Below are positions 11,121-23,814 of a stretch of 64,000 nt of DNA, one piece after another. Made by a program: the position numbers and the translations under genes. Every line of letters starts with the position of its first letter. Positions within the stretch are counted from its first letter, which is position 1. The notes beneath the pieces were generated by a model. The model saw only the letters and a list, made by a program, of their open reading frames with translations, did no database searches and was not told the DNA's origin. Origin of the DNA: Moniliella sp. 'wahieum' (taxonomy: Eukaryota); the NCBI GenBank assembly GCA_003971905.1, contig RSEE01000018.1:558001-622000 (forward strand). The letters are read 5' to 3'.

Positions 11121-14100
11121 TCATTGGACCGATTGGAACCAGCGACTGATCCGACGGGCCATGTGGGCTGCTGAATCTAAGGAAAGCACGGAGAGTGAGG
11201 GGAAGGAGGGAGGCCTGTGCGACTCGTGAAGATAGGGAGAGCGAGACCGAGTGCGTCGGTGCGCTGACCCCACCGTCACTCGATCCTCCCAGTCAGGCAC
11301 GGCGAGCAGGCACGCCGGGTCCCTGGGCAAGGAAAGAAGATCAGACGTCCGTGCTGACCCGTCGTTGGCGAGGACGCCTACGGTGGAAGAGGAGCGGATG
11401 GGAAGGTCGGGTGGGGTTACATTTTCGGCACCTTCAACGGCGGCAACTACCAAGCGCGAAATCTGCGTCTCGGTCGGATCGTTACTTACATCCTCCTTGC
11501 CAATGGTTGGCAGAGCCGTGCGTTCAACAACCGTACTAGTTGCATAGGGAAGGGTATGGTCCGCCCCCCCTATTTCAACTGCGCCCCGTATCGAGCCTTG
11601 CCTGGAATTCGGATCCAGGGCAGATGGCACGAGAAGCGTGCTTCTAACCCGAGGACCGCATGTGGCCAAAACGTCGGTCAACGACGTTGAAAATGAAGAG
11701 GAACGTTGGGGCGCAAGAGTGAGGGCAGATCCCGTACATGACGGACCCGGTGGGCTCCAACCATTGATATCCGACGGCTCCATCACCCTTTCGGGCAGCC
11801 TCATGACTCCCGTTGCGCGTCTGGGTCTCAACGAGGACCGCCGAGCTGGCTTGTTTGCCACGAGTGCAGGGTCCAAACCATCACGAGACTCGTCGTCTCT
11901 TCTTTTGGCGCGCTGAAATGATAGTGAAGTCCCCTCACATTCCTGCGCACCCAAAAACGATGACGCAACAGGAAATGGCACCTCTGTTCGATGCTGAGAG
12001 CGAGGGGGTGAGATGGCTGCGATGGAAGCCCATCGTACCGTGTGAGGAAGGCCAGAGAGTACGATGGCTGGGGATGGAATAGGTACCACAGGTTCGGCGT
12101 TCAGGTCCTTCGTGGCTTTCTGTATATTGGGTTCTTGCTTGGTCCTCACAGCCCCTGTTGGGTCATGGTCGCCGTCGCGAAGGCCCTGATGGCCAGCACT
12201 GCTTCCTTTGGGGGAGGGAGCAACAATGTCAGAATTGGATCGAAGCATACTGGGTTTTGCTACGTCTTGAATAGGGACGGTAGTGTTTGCAGGAGCAAAC
12301 GGAAGAAGGGAAGGCATCGACGCAGCTGTGGTGAGGGGCACAGTTACTGCCTTTGCCTTGGTGAACAATCGTGAGAAGGGTCTGTTGAAGGACTGCGAGA
12401 CGAGAGGTGTAAGCGAGGTTTCCTTCTTACTACTACTCACCTGGTCGTCGGGGAACCGCGTTGTCATCGTGACCGAGCCAGCATGCATGTCTGCGCGTGC
12501 GGCAGTCGCGTCAGTGATGATCTTAGCCTGACGCAGCGCTTCGACAGTACGCTTCCCGTTGGGAAATGTGGTGCCGTGTGCACGCTCGATCATGTTGGCC
12601 AGCATGAGTGAGTACTGCACCACGCGCTGATGCGGTCGTGCCAAGTAATCGTCCAACCGCAACTTTTTGCGTCGGCTTAGCGCCATCATGTTGTCTGCCT
12701 GTGATGGAGACATGGCCAAAGTTGGAGAGCAGGCTGGAGCAAAGGAGTCCCTTATTGTCGACGATGTCGGGCAAGGCGAGGGATCTTGGCTGGTAAAGGT
12801 TATGAGGACACGGGGAAGAAAGGGGGGGCACCAGGGCATCTTTCTTCAGTTGTGGATTCACAGCTAAACTCCAACGATGAGAGCGATCGGTTGGCGAGGG
12901 GCAATCGGCGTCCTTGATTATCAATTGCGGCAAGCGCAGGAAGGAGCGCGGCCGTCCCACTGTCCGCTGCTTTCGGTTAGGCAAGAAGGCCAGAATGTCA
13001 GAAGTGACCGAACCGCGCTTAGAACTGCCAAATATGGGTTCCTCGGAGGCGACGGCGTTGAATGGAGCGCCCACAGGATTGGGGGGGGATTGGACCATCG
13101 CAAAGGCATCGTGCTCTTTCGGTGTTTGGCCCGGCCGAGACAAGCAGCAAAATCGTGCTGGTTTCCCTGACGACCGGACCCATCATCTTCTTCTGTATCC
13201 CCCTCCACCCCCGAAGAAGATGAAGCAGACGAAGATAAGTTGATACCAGTGAAAGTTGATGCAGTAACCACTGCTCGAGCGCACTGCCGCTCGTACCCCC
13301 ACCACAAGTTTGGATCCCGTTCCCTTTCCACCTTGATAATGGACACAAGTGCCGGTTTGTACTGGCAAAATACGTCGTACACCGTCAAGTGGGGGCACTG
13401 AAGAAAGTGGCAATAACGTCAGTATTTCTTGCGAGTGCTGTTTTGTTGGTGTAATGCAGGTAGTAGAGGTAGAAAGAAACATACCAAAATGTCCGCAAAA
13501 AGAGAGGCAATGTCCACAGCAGCGGCTTCCAACTGAGCCATTACGGATGAACCGTGGGCGATTGAACCCCTTTTTTGTGTCGTAGCAATGTCTTCTCGTT
13601 GGAAAGAAGATGAAAATACTGGCGTAGAGGACATTGAGGATGACCGGGACGATAAGGGGCCGTCATGTTCTTCACATTGTACACCAAACGAACATGAGGG
13701 TGAGCTCGGGGGGCATGTGAACGGGGGATGAAGCCGATCAGTGGACGACGGGACGTCCAACCGCTCAAGAACTGTATCCAGTCGATGAAAATGCCACAGG
13801 TCATTCAGGTGCCTCGCAGCCGTCTTGTGGGTAATGAGCAGGTCTTCCAGTGCCCATTGAACCATATCCAACACGCGATGGTTCTCATTGGTTAGCCTGG
13901 AATCGATTCTTTCGGTCATAGTTTCAGCGTTACTGGCAAGACTGCTGTCGACAGGCCAATTGGCATGCATCTTGTGCTGTGATGGAGGTAGAGGGAAGGA
14001 ACTCGCCCGGGTTGCAGTTCTTGTCCACCGACTCGCCCTTCGAAGAGTCCAACACCTTGTCCATCTCATTTGTTGGAGCTCCAAGGCCCCCCTCGCTCCA

Positions 14101-15200
14101 TTTGAATGGGTTATTCGGGACAGAGAGTCCAAATCTTAGAAAGGATGAAGGAGATGGAACATATTCTTCTGGGCTGGGAGTGGGAACCGAAAGCGGCGTA
14201 ATGCCGAGGTTAGGATATGAAGTTTGAGTGGTGTTGGAAGTGAACAAAGTCTGATTAGCCAGACCCGGAAGGTAGATATGACCCAAAGCAATCAGGTCCC
14301 CCACATATGTATGCTCCGTTTGGACCAACTCCCGAATCTGATACCATAGGTTAAGTGCCGCTGCCCGCGATTCATCATTTAGATGAGGTGGTGTAAACAA
14401 TGGTTCGTCTTGGATGCAGCTGTTGGGATTCATGATTTCCCCCTGTTGTGAGCCATGTGGATTTCGCGGGGAGGGATGCGACATGCTAGATACCTCGGGT
14501 ATGGAATCATGTTGGGAAGGTGACGGAGGTTCTAATGAGGAGGGTAACGGTGGAGTTTTCTCTTCCAACCATTGAGTGTTAATGGCTGATGGCGGTGTCA
14601 CAGTGGGGGCAGCTTTTTGCACGCGAGAGGGAACAGGTGGTGCCAAAGTGGAATCAAGACTTGTACCAGCAGTTGAACCGCTGGGACTAATGGATGCCAT
14701 ACTAGGAGACAACGGTGGGAGTGGTATTCGACGAAGCGATCTCATCTTGGAGGGTTATCGCGGCAAGGAAGGACAGCGGGTAAAACAGAGAGGAGCGCAA
14801 GTAGGAGAGGCTTCAATGATTGGTCACAAGGTGCCCTCCGCAAACCATTCCCAGGGGTCTCATCTTCCTGCACTGATTGAGAAGACCCCTTTCTTGGCTC
14901 ATACAGGTCACCAGGCTCGTACTGTGAAATTGAAGGGGACGCTTCAGGGATGTTGGCTATTTTTTTGTCCCGGAGCTGATGGTCAGAAGAGTTGGGTCGG
15001 CTTGTTGTCTCCTGGCTGCCATCAAGTGAGGTGTGGCAGGTGATGCTGGAGCTGGGACTAGTGAAAGTAGAATGGGATGAAGAGGAGCAGGTGCTAGCCT
15101 TCGAAGCGGACCTGTTTGCAGGGCACGACGGAGGCATGGCCTTGGTGATTACGGTTGGGATGGGCACGGGCAAAAGCATAGGTACTTCAAACCCCAGGAT
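11121..15200 (-). CDS. Dbl-homology (RhoGEF)-like protein whose DH domain is split by long low-complexity inserts; start uncertain
   Basis: DH start motif IRELVQTEHTYVGDLIALGHIYL (~14275-14340), a middle segment VYDVFCQYKPALVSII, and a DH end motif LRLDDYLARPHQRVVQYSLML (~12600-12665). Confidence 0.7.
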
Positions 15201-16439
15201 GGCCCCTCCATAGTAAGCGAGGAGGGTAAAGGTGGACAACAGCCACAAGCCGAAGGGAGGGGCGGTGGTGGGGGCGATGGACGCAGGTAGCAAGATTGGC
15301 CAAAGAAAAGCGGGAAAGAAGGCTGCGGAAGAATGGAGAACGGAGGTAGAGAGAAAGCCGAGGCAGGTACAATGACACACTGGGCTTCTGCCCTCTCCCA
15401 CAAAAGCCCTATATATATGGTGCGCTCTCTGTGTGTGGCTTGGCAACATTATAGTAGACTCCTAGTTTCACCGGCTGCGGTCTTTCGGCTCTGTGGGCGG
15501 TGGAGGCATGAGGCCTGAGGCTTGTGAAGATGCCTGAACAATAAGGGCGTTGGGGGTTGCTGGCCAAGGAAGGGGGATGTTGCCCTCTACCGAGGATGCC
15601 CGAGGCCTTTGACCTCTTGTTATTGTCCAAATATATGGCTTCTCCACTTTTTTGCTCCGCGCGCCGATCGGAGGAAACATCGGCCACGTGGACCATGGAG
15701 AAGACAGGAAAGGAATCGTTTGACCATGCGTGGGCGGATCGGGGAGATGCGCACAGCATCATCAGTGCTGTTCAACAGGACGTTGTCGGCGGGGTGAGGT
15801 TACCATGGACCAGGTCTTGGTCATGGATCCAAGCGAGAAAGATGAGGATTTGTTTCATGATGGACTGAATGTGTTCCGGGGTCAAGCGACGGCCTTGGAG
15901 GTGACACTTGAGAAAGTAGTAGTCCACAGAGCTGGCTTGGCGGTCAAACCCAATGCACAGTCGGGTGCGCTTGTAGAAAACAAGTCGCGCACGCGCGTCC
16001 GCCCAATCACGTCATCCGTATTCATGGCGCCGACTGCATGCAGGCCCCTGGCGTGACGCAACGTTTCTGTGCGCCCGGCCCTGTCGGAGCCACTGATACT
16101 GCTCTCCACGTGTTGGTTGGTGACCATGATACGGCCTCCCGTACTTGGTCTTGCCTCAGATTTTCGTAACCATGCAGCGGTAAGCCAGAATACTGTCGCG
16201 CATAACCATGCTTGCGGCACCAAGAACTTGCATGTCACCAATGAGGGTGAGAATGTCCAACTCCACTGCTCCTCCTGTTCATTGTTTCGCCGAGCGAAGG
16301 GGCTGCACATGCACACGGTCAAAAGGTTAGCGTACGTTACAGTGGTTTAATGGCACTGATGGGGATGGATTATTACTTTGGCATTTTGAACGGGAGGAGG
16401 AGTTGCATCTTTGAACGGTGGGAGAGGGGCCGGTGACGC

Positions 16440-17166
16440 CTTAGGCTTCTGAGCGACCATCGCGGGCACTGGGAGGTGCTGTCACTGCGAACGGAACATG
16501 GTTCAACTTGGCCTTTTTGAGCGAGCGTCTGCCCATATCTTTGGTATCCGTCGCGACCGCGTCCTCATCCTCATCCTGGTAGGTGCGGAAACGCTGCACG
16601 CCGGATCAGCTGGCGGTTTCTTGCTGATATAGTGGAGAGGGGAGCAGGCCCAGCTCAGGAGAAGGGCGGCGAAGGGCCGGTGCTGATGAAGACGAGACGA
16701 ACGACTCGACGAGAGCTGAAGACGCTGTCGCCGTCGATGACGAGGTGGCAGCCTTTGCCGTGCAGGAGGGAGGAAATGCGTCGGCCCAGCTGCTGGCATA
16801 ATGATGCTTGTTTCTACTTTGGGAGCATCGTCAAGGCTGTCGGGAGGGTTACATAACAGCTGTGGCCCAGCGGGTCTTGTTTACATCCTTCCAGTTTCGT
16901 GGATGGACATGCAGGTTTTTGGGAACCACACTCCCTTCGGCGTCCGGTGCGGCAGCGGTTTCGTCAACAGATAGCTTGAGCGTCGGTTGCAGCGAGGCCC
17001 GGGCGGACCCATGCAGAGAAGCAGACAAGGCGCAGGGAGGCGAGCAGCAGCAAAGGAGGCGCGCAGGGTGGGCGCACCCAATGCACGTCACACGCGGAGC
17101 AGCGGCAAAAGGACGAGCAACCCAAAGAGTTGAGTGAGATAACACGGTGAGAGGAGAAAGAACCAT
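16440..17166 (-). CDS. Possible small hypothetical protein; frameshifted, family unknown
   Basis: Joinable protein-like ORF pieces (LKLSVDETAAAPDAEGSVVPKNLHVHPRNWKDVNKTRW ... DEDEDAVATDTKDMGRRSLKKAKLN). A TATA-like tract lies just upstream (~17212-17220). Confidence 0.35.
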
Positions 17167-17822
17167 GCTTGTTAGTTGCCACCGAGGAGAGAAGCAGAGC
17201 CACAGGAGGGTAAATATATAGTATCTTCAGCTGATGGTGATGCATGATGCCATTGCGAGTTTGAGGGGGGGTCGACAGCCAGAATCGATCATTCAATATG
17301 CTCAACCGTTCCCAAGGGCAGAAGATGGCGCCAACCTGACTGGCCGGACTACCGCCACGCCTTTCCATTTTCAGCTACATCCGTTCTCGGCAGCGCGGCG
17401 GACGTTGAACGGCGCCGGACGATGCTAACGGGTGACCAGACGGGCTGTTCGATGGACTACGCAGGGGATTAATGGGGTGCAAGTTGAATGCAGTACTACA
17501 AATGCTGGGTAGGGAGAGGGAGGGAAACAGAGGACAATGTGAGGGGAGTGTGACGTGCGTGCGTGGGTAAAGCGGTTGAAGCGAGAGCAATGCGAAGATG
17601 ACTAGGGAACAAGGTCCGGGGTGAGCCGACATGGGTGATGAGACGTGGGACACGCAGGTGCAGAACTGTCGTTGAGACGGGCATCGAGCGGGAGGGTAGA
17701 GTGAAGAGAGAGACTGGGTGGCAGAATGGTTGGATTGTGCCTACTCAGGGACTTGGAGAAGCACCTGAGTTTTCATCCAGGGAAGAGGGTCGAAGTACAA
17801 CCGCCTGTCAGCAGATCCTACC

Positions 17823-19077
17823 TTAAAATTCGAGCTTCTTGGGCTGCTCCCAGGTGAACTCGGGCCGGCCAAAGTGACCGTAGGCTGCCGTGGAGCGGTA
17901 GATGGGCTTTTGGAGCTCCAATGATGCACAATCACACCCGGCTTGAGGTTGAAGTTCTTGCGCACAATGTCGACCAGCTCCGCGTCAGTCTTGGACGAGG
18001 TGCCATACGAATCGAAAACCCGAGAGTGGCTCGGCCACGCCAATCGCGTACGACAACTGCACGAGAGCGCGCCGCGCCAGGCCAGCTGCGACCAACGACT
18101 TGGCCACCCAACGAGCGGTGTAGGCTGCCGAACGGTCCACCTTGGAAAAGTCCTTGCCCGAGAACGCACCGCCGCCGTGCGCGCCCCAACCACCGTAGGT
18201 ATCGACAATGATCTTGCGCCCAGTCAGACCCGCGTCGCCCTGGGGCCCACCAATCACAAAGCGGCCAGAGGGCTGGATGTGGTAAATGGTGCTCGTCAAT
18301 CAGCTTGGTGGGGATCACCTCCTTGATGACCTTCTCAAGAAGTTCGGAGCGAAGGTGCTCGGTGGTGATGTCATCGGAATGTGGGTGGAGACGACAACCG
18401 TGTCAACGCGGATGGGCACCAGGGCACCACCATCCTTCTTGTACTCCACCGTGACCTGGGTCTTAGTGTCCGGACGGAGCCAAGGCAGAGATCCCGTCTT
18501 GCGAGCCACCGTCAAGGCACGGTTCAGCTTGTGAGCAAGGGTGAGAGTAAGCGGCATGAGCTCGGGGGTCTCGTCGGTGGCGTATCCAAACATGATCCCC
18601 TGGTCACCGGCACCATGGTCCTCGAGGGAGCCGTGGTCAAGGCCCTGAGCAATGTCGGGACTCTGCTGCTCGATAGCAACAAGGACGTTGCACGTCTTGT
18701 AGTCAAATCCCTTGGCACTGTCGTCGTAGCCAATCTCCTTGATCGTGTCGCGAATGACCTTCTGGTAGTCAATCACCGCCTTGGTGGTGATCTCACCAAA
18801 GACCATCACCATGCCCGTCTTGGTCGCCGTCTCACAAGCGACCTTGGAGTTGGGGTCCTGGGCCAGGCAGCATCGAGAATAGCATCCGACACTTGGTCGC
18901 AGATCTTGTCAGGGTGGCCCTCACCGACAGACTCGCTGACGAAGCAAACGCAAACGCAGGCTCAGAAGGTCAGCACGATACGCCAGAGAAGCAATAGAGG
19001 GACGGGTACGCACGAGGTGAAGAGGAAGTGGCCCTCGGGCAGCTGTGGTTATGGAAGGAAACTCCGGTGGCGGCCAT
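17823..19077 (-). CDS. SAM2: S-adenosylmethionine synthetase, with one intron at 18936-19013
   Basis: [96 protein letters not shown]; ends PKKLEF*. The intron reads GTGCGT...CTGAC...CAG. Confidence 0.97.
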
Positions 19078-21069
19078 AGCGGATGCAGGGGGTGGGGACG
19101 AGTGGGGTAGAAGAAGAGGTGTGGTGGGAAAAAGAAGCATTCGACTTCCGGGTGAGGGCATTACCGCGTTCCGGGAGTTGACCGTGACGCGTGACGGGTG
19201 ACACTCTTCGGCTCCTGGAACATTTTTCGCCCACGTGCACCGAAGTTTCAAATCACCTCGAAGCACTGCCCCAGTGGCCGGGGGATGAAGGTGGGGCTTA
19301 CCGCTGCCTCTCGCCGATCTCGTTTATCGATTTCAACGATCGTTCACCGTTCTCACAGCCCTGACAGCATGGTACCAGTCACGAAGTCACTAGCTAGACA
19401 CTTCAAGTGAAGCTTCAAGCTCTTCAAGCTTCAAGCTGCTTCCTGGGGGCACGTGTTGCTGATCATCGACAAACTCAGAATTCAGTATACTCGGTCGTGC
19501 GCGGCCCCGGCCAGCCGCGGCTACCTGTTCAGCTTAGCCCGTGGACCTGCTTTGGTTTGGAGGGAGGACGGGAGAATCATGTGGGTCTGGGCAGAGAACA
19601 GCGCCAGTAGCTGGATCGTGTAAGGGGCATATAGACAGTGATGCTGATGAGGTCCCATCCTGCTGCTCACCAAGTGGCAGACGAGGCCGATGAGGAGGAG
19701 GATCCAGATTGAGACGCTAACAGGTGGGGGGCATGGCGACACCCGCTGCGTCTACTATAGGATCAGTCTCACAACACGTGGAAAGGGTGTGTGGGCGGCC
19801 TATTGCATGATGCCTGTTGTTGGGATAATTGCGACACTGCCAGATGGAAGTCGCTTATCCACATGGGCATACATCCATCGGAGAAAACGTCTCTCATTCT
19901 TTGTTAAAAAGGCAGCATGGGTGGGAACGTACCCTAAGCAAGCATGGCGTATAACCGCCGGAGAGGATGGTGCGAAGTAGAGCAAATCAGATGAAGGCAG
20001 CAACAGCAATGATAACTGTTCATCTCACAGCTTCGTATATATGAAGACCAGGGTAATACTGCTGCAGGTCCATGTGAGAATGGCTGGGGACCACCATCCT
20101 GACGCCTAAGCAGTTCTCCCTGGGGAGGGAATGGCGAACCAAAAGAAGAGAAACCGTTCAATGCCATGAAACGAATCAAGAAGTGAAGTACGCATTCTGA
20201 GTTATAGTACGGGACTTGCCTAACAACCTAAGACCTAGATGAATCCAAGGCATTATATAATAAGATGTCAGCGCCGCGATATAAAGGGGGTTCTTCAGTG
20301 GGCTCCATAGCAGTGTGAGTGCACTTCCAATCGTAGGGAAGAGGTCATGACCAAAGATGGCGAAGGCAAGGTGACAACACTTGTGGAAGGCACAGTTCTA
20401 GGAAGTAGTAGAGCGAAGGGAGACTGCGTCCTTCTGAGATGGACTATCAATGGACTACTACGGTGCGAATTCGCTGAGCCCGCTGGGAAAGCATCTGTTG
20501 AACTGGCACGGTCCGCACTTCCGCAATGATTGCAGGATCCTGAATAGAGAGACTAGTGAACACTGGATAAAGGCTGGCAGTTTAGAGAATATTGCAACTA
20601 GTGACACTCTCCCAGCGAGAATTGGTTCGAACGACCACTGAAGAGCTCGGATACATCATACACAATGCATGATGAGGCGATTAGAACGGTCCACAATGCG
20701 GAGACTCCCCCCAGGCAAAAAATTGTCCACCCTTGCTGCCGTCAGGAATAAGGGAGACAGTTGACGATCTGGAATAATGGGCATATAGGCACCCGATCCC
20801 AGCAACTTGCACCCTTCGTGGCTCTTTAGAAAAGCAGGAGTATCAGTCGAATCCCTAGGTAATATAGCCATGGGCACGCGCTACCTAGGGTACGGGATCG
20901 GATGGCGCGATCCGGAGGGTCCTGATATCCTGGCGATCCCCTGGTTCCTTGACCCTGGTGGTGCCCCCAAGTAACCCCGCAAGATGAACGGTTAGGATTA
21001 GACGTAGCGTTCCCCCTGTCCCAGCCTTAAGCTCTGCCAATGACATGGAATCAGCCATGGGAAACGCCT

Positions 21070-21324
21070 GTGCACTTTTTACATAAGCCTCACGTCAGCC
21101 CGGGTGGCGCAGCCACCCGTCCCAGCCACCAGCAACAATCGGTGATATTATTTCGTCTTTCCAGCGTGGAAGGGTTCCAGCGTGGAACGTGGCCGGTGGA
21201 ACGGTGGCTAAGGTGGCGAAGGGGGACCAGGAGAACGGTGGCTAAGGTGGCGACGGTGGACGGGAGAACGGTGGCTAAGGTGGCGACACAGCAGACCGGG
21301 CCGTAGGCCCGGTGGTCTCCTCGT
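21070..21324 (+). mobile_element. Short non-autonomous Helitron-like repeat, copy 1
   Basis: Three internal ACGGTGGCTAAGGTGGCGA units. The 3' hairpin ACCGGGCC-GTA-GGCCCGGT (21295-21313) is followed 6 nt later by CTCGT. Homologous to 21464-21685 and 49176-49393. Confidence 0.6.
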
Positions 21325-21463
21325 ATAGTATACGGCACAGTACAATATATACAGTTGTGTCTGCGCCTTATTTCAAACGGTGAATGTGGGATCATCGATC
21401 ATGCATCATGCATCATGCATGTATCGATTATCCTTCTGCCCACACGACCAAGCCTATTTCCGC

Positions 21464-21685
21464 ACGAGGAGACCACCGGGCCTACGGCCCGGTCTGCTGT
21501 GTCGCCACCTTAGCCACCGTTCCCCAGTCCACCATCGCCACCGTAGCCACCGTTCCTCCTTCGCCACCTTAGCCACCGTTCCCCCGGTCCACCGTTCCAC
21601 GCTGGGAGGGCAAATAATATCACCGATATACTCTGGCTGCGGGTGGCTGGGAACGTGTCACGGGGCAGCTGAGGTAAAAAGTGCA
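21464..21685 (-). mobile_element. Short non-autonomous Helitron-like repeat, copy 2, inverted relative to copy 1
   Basis: 21464-21521 is the exact reverse complement of 21267-21324 (58 bp). Further shared blocks are AAATAATATCACCGAT and GTAAAAAGTGCA. Confidence 0.6.
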
Positions 21686-21885
21686 GCCATTTCAGCCGAT
21701 TTTATTCAATTGAGATTCCAGCAGCGTGGGCTCTAGTGAAGTGAGCGTTAGAAAAAGCAGGAGGGGCTCAGCGCGTTCATTAACATCGTGTTATCTAGCC
21801 CACACCAATTCACACCAGTCATCCCGAGAGGACATCGTTTTACGTGCACAACTCAGACAGATGCGCTGAGGAAGATGGGGCTCGG

Positions 21886-22392
21886 TTAGAGCTTGGCCTT
21901 CTGGGCCTTGAGCACAGTGTCCAGCTTGGTTGCCAGCATAATGTTCTGTCCAGAGAAAAGTGTCAGCACTACTCGAGGGAAGAGAAACGGGATGAGGGAA
22001 GCAAGTACGTACACCCTTGACCTTCAACTTTCCGCTCATGAATGCTTTCTGGCCATTGACCTTGCCGTCCGCCATGTCGACAAAGGCTGAGTGGGTCGAG
22101 CAAGCGCACACGCATGGGTTAGTCGTCGCATAAGCATACAACAGGGCAGGGTCCACATACTCTCGTCCGACGTGTTGATCGTCACGTCAGCCTTGCCCTT
22201 CGCCTTGCCCTCGTAGGCCTCGCCGACCTTCTTGAGGTCAATGGTGTAGACCAGCTCCTTGGAGCCTTTCTTGATGTGCAGCTCAAAGACGCCATTGGTC
22301 TTCTTGATGATGTCCTTCTTGTCTTTCTCGCTGGCAGTCTTGAGACCCTCCTGGATCTGGGTGAAGAGTGCTTGGGCTTTGAACTCTGACAT
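21886..22392 (-). CDS. SCP2: Sterol carrier protein 2 (SCP2) domain protein with peroxisomal PTS1 (-AKL); two introns
   Basis: MSEFKAQALFTQIQEGL...YTIDLKKVGEAYEGKAKGKADVTI / FVDMADGKVNGQKAFMSGKLKVKG / NIMLATKLDTVLKAQKAKL*. Confidence 0.92.
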
Positions 22393-23814
22393 GGCGGGCA
22401 GCGAACACAAGGATGGAGGTGGTGAAAGTAGACAAGGCGAGCCGCAGTCGCGGGCCGTGCGTGGCCCGTCAGCATTTTTTCAATGTTAACCTTCCATGAC
22501 GAAATTTCAGGGGGCACTCGGTCACTTTCCAGCTGCGATCAATCGCCGCTCGCAGAAGGGGCGTCAGCGCGTCAGTAGCTCAGTGAAGCGGCCCAGAGCG
22601 GCCCAGAGCAGTCCGAGGCTTGTGGGGCCGTGGGGGCTGAGCACACCAAGGACAAGCACCCCATGGCGGCAGTGTCCCGCAGCCGCGCGCGATTCACATG
22701 TCGCAACAGCGCTGGGGTTACCGGCCTTACCGGTTACCTAACCGGTTACCATTATTGCCAACGCGCAAATGCCGCGCCTCCGGTTGACTGAGTACTAGCT
22801 AGCTACTGGTTGGCTCGCTCTGCGGAACGGTGCAAGCCCTGCACTGTCTCGGCAGAGCCCCACGGTATCATCACCGGTCGCTGGTCACCGGCCCAGCGCA
22901 AGTTCAAAGGGAAACTGCTGGATGAAACATTTCAGGACAAATGACGTGTGGATCTGCTAAAACGTACGCCGCGCCGCTCACCTCACCACCAGCAGCGCTT
23001 ATATACGCCCCCCCTTGTTGAGCCTCGCACTGTCAAGAGGCAACTCTCTGTTATAGGGAGCGTACCGCCCAAGGGCCGCCTACTATAGTGCAACTAAAGA
23101 GATAAGGAAATGGATCATTCTTCGAGAGTAGAGCCAAAAGCAGTAGCAGCTGACAACAAGACGGAGGGTTCGAGGACGGGAGTAGATCACAGTTCGTACG
23201 TTCATTCATGGAAAAGGGCAACGCAGACTACTCTTATACTATATCGATTCGGATCATAGAGATCATCTTAGTTGCCACTTCATATTTTGGTGATCGCCAT
23301 TACAATGAAAAAGCGGACGGCATGATGCAACTGTGCATGCCTTTGACAGGTTCATTGCACCATACTTTGAGGACATTTTTGTCAAGCCAGCCACGGAAAC
23401 AGCAGGGACAGAAAGAGGCAGCATGGAGGAAGAGTCAACATCGAGTTTCTCTTCGTGGATTGAAACGCCCAGAGATGAAGAACATGAAGCGAAACCCGCG
23501 GGTACTACGCTCTCTTTGTATACTACAATAGTATCTGCAGAGAACAGGAGCCGCAAAAAAAGGATGTGGGGGGGGATGGTATATGTGTTTGCTTTCGAGC
23601 ATATATGTGCAAGTATGGGCGGTTATTGAGGGAGAAGAGAGGAGAAAAAATATAGCGGTTCATATAGGTGATGTGTTGCAGGGCACAAGCACCTCAGTAG
23701 GTGCATCGCAGATGCGCATATAAAGAGAGATTGTTCATGTGTAAAAAGCCGAAAAATGTGGATGAGCGAGATAGGGGCAAAGCAAACGTCGACAGCCAAG
23801 AGGTGCCCAATTTC

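Noticed and set aside
15409..16322. Minus-strand ORFs upstream of the RhoGEF-like gene
   Set aside because: They could be additional 5' exons or noise; no motif is recognisable.
19560..20880. Short ORF fragments that might be a decayed gene or transposase
   Set aside because: No recognisable motif in any frame; it cannot be supported without a homology search.
21220..21580. Repeated 19-bp units with short spacers, resembling a CRISPR array
   Set aside because: Eukaryotic context, only three units per arm, spacers of about 10-15 bp that resemble each other, and no cas genes. These are internal subrepeats of a dispersed element.
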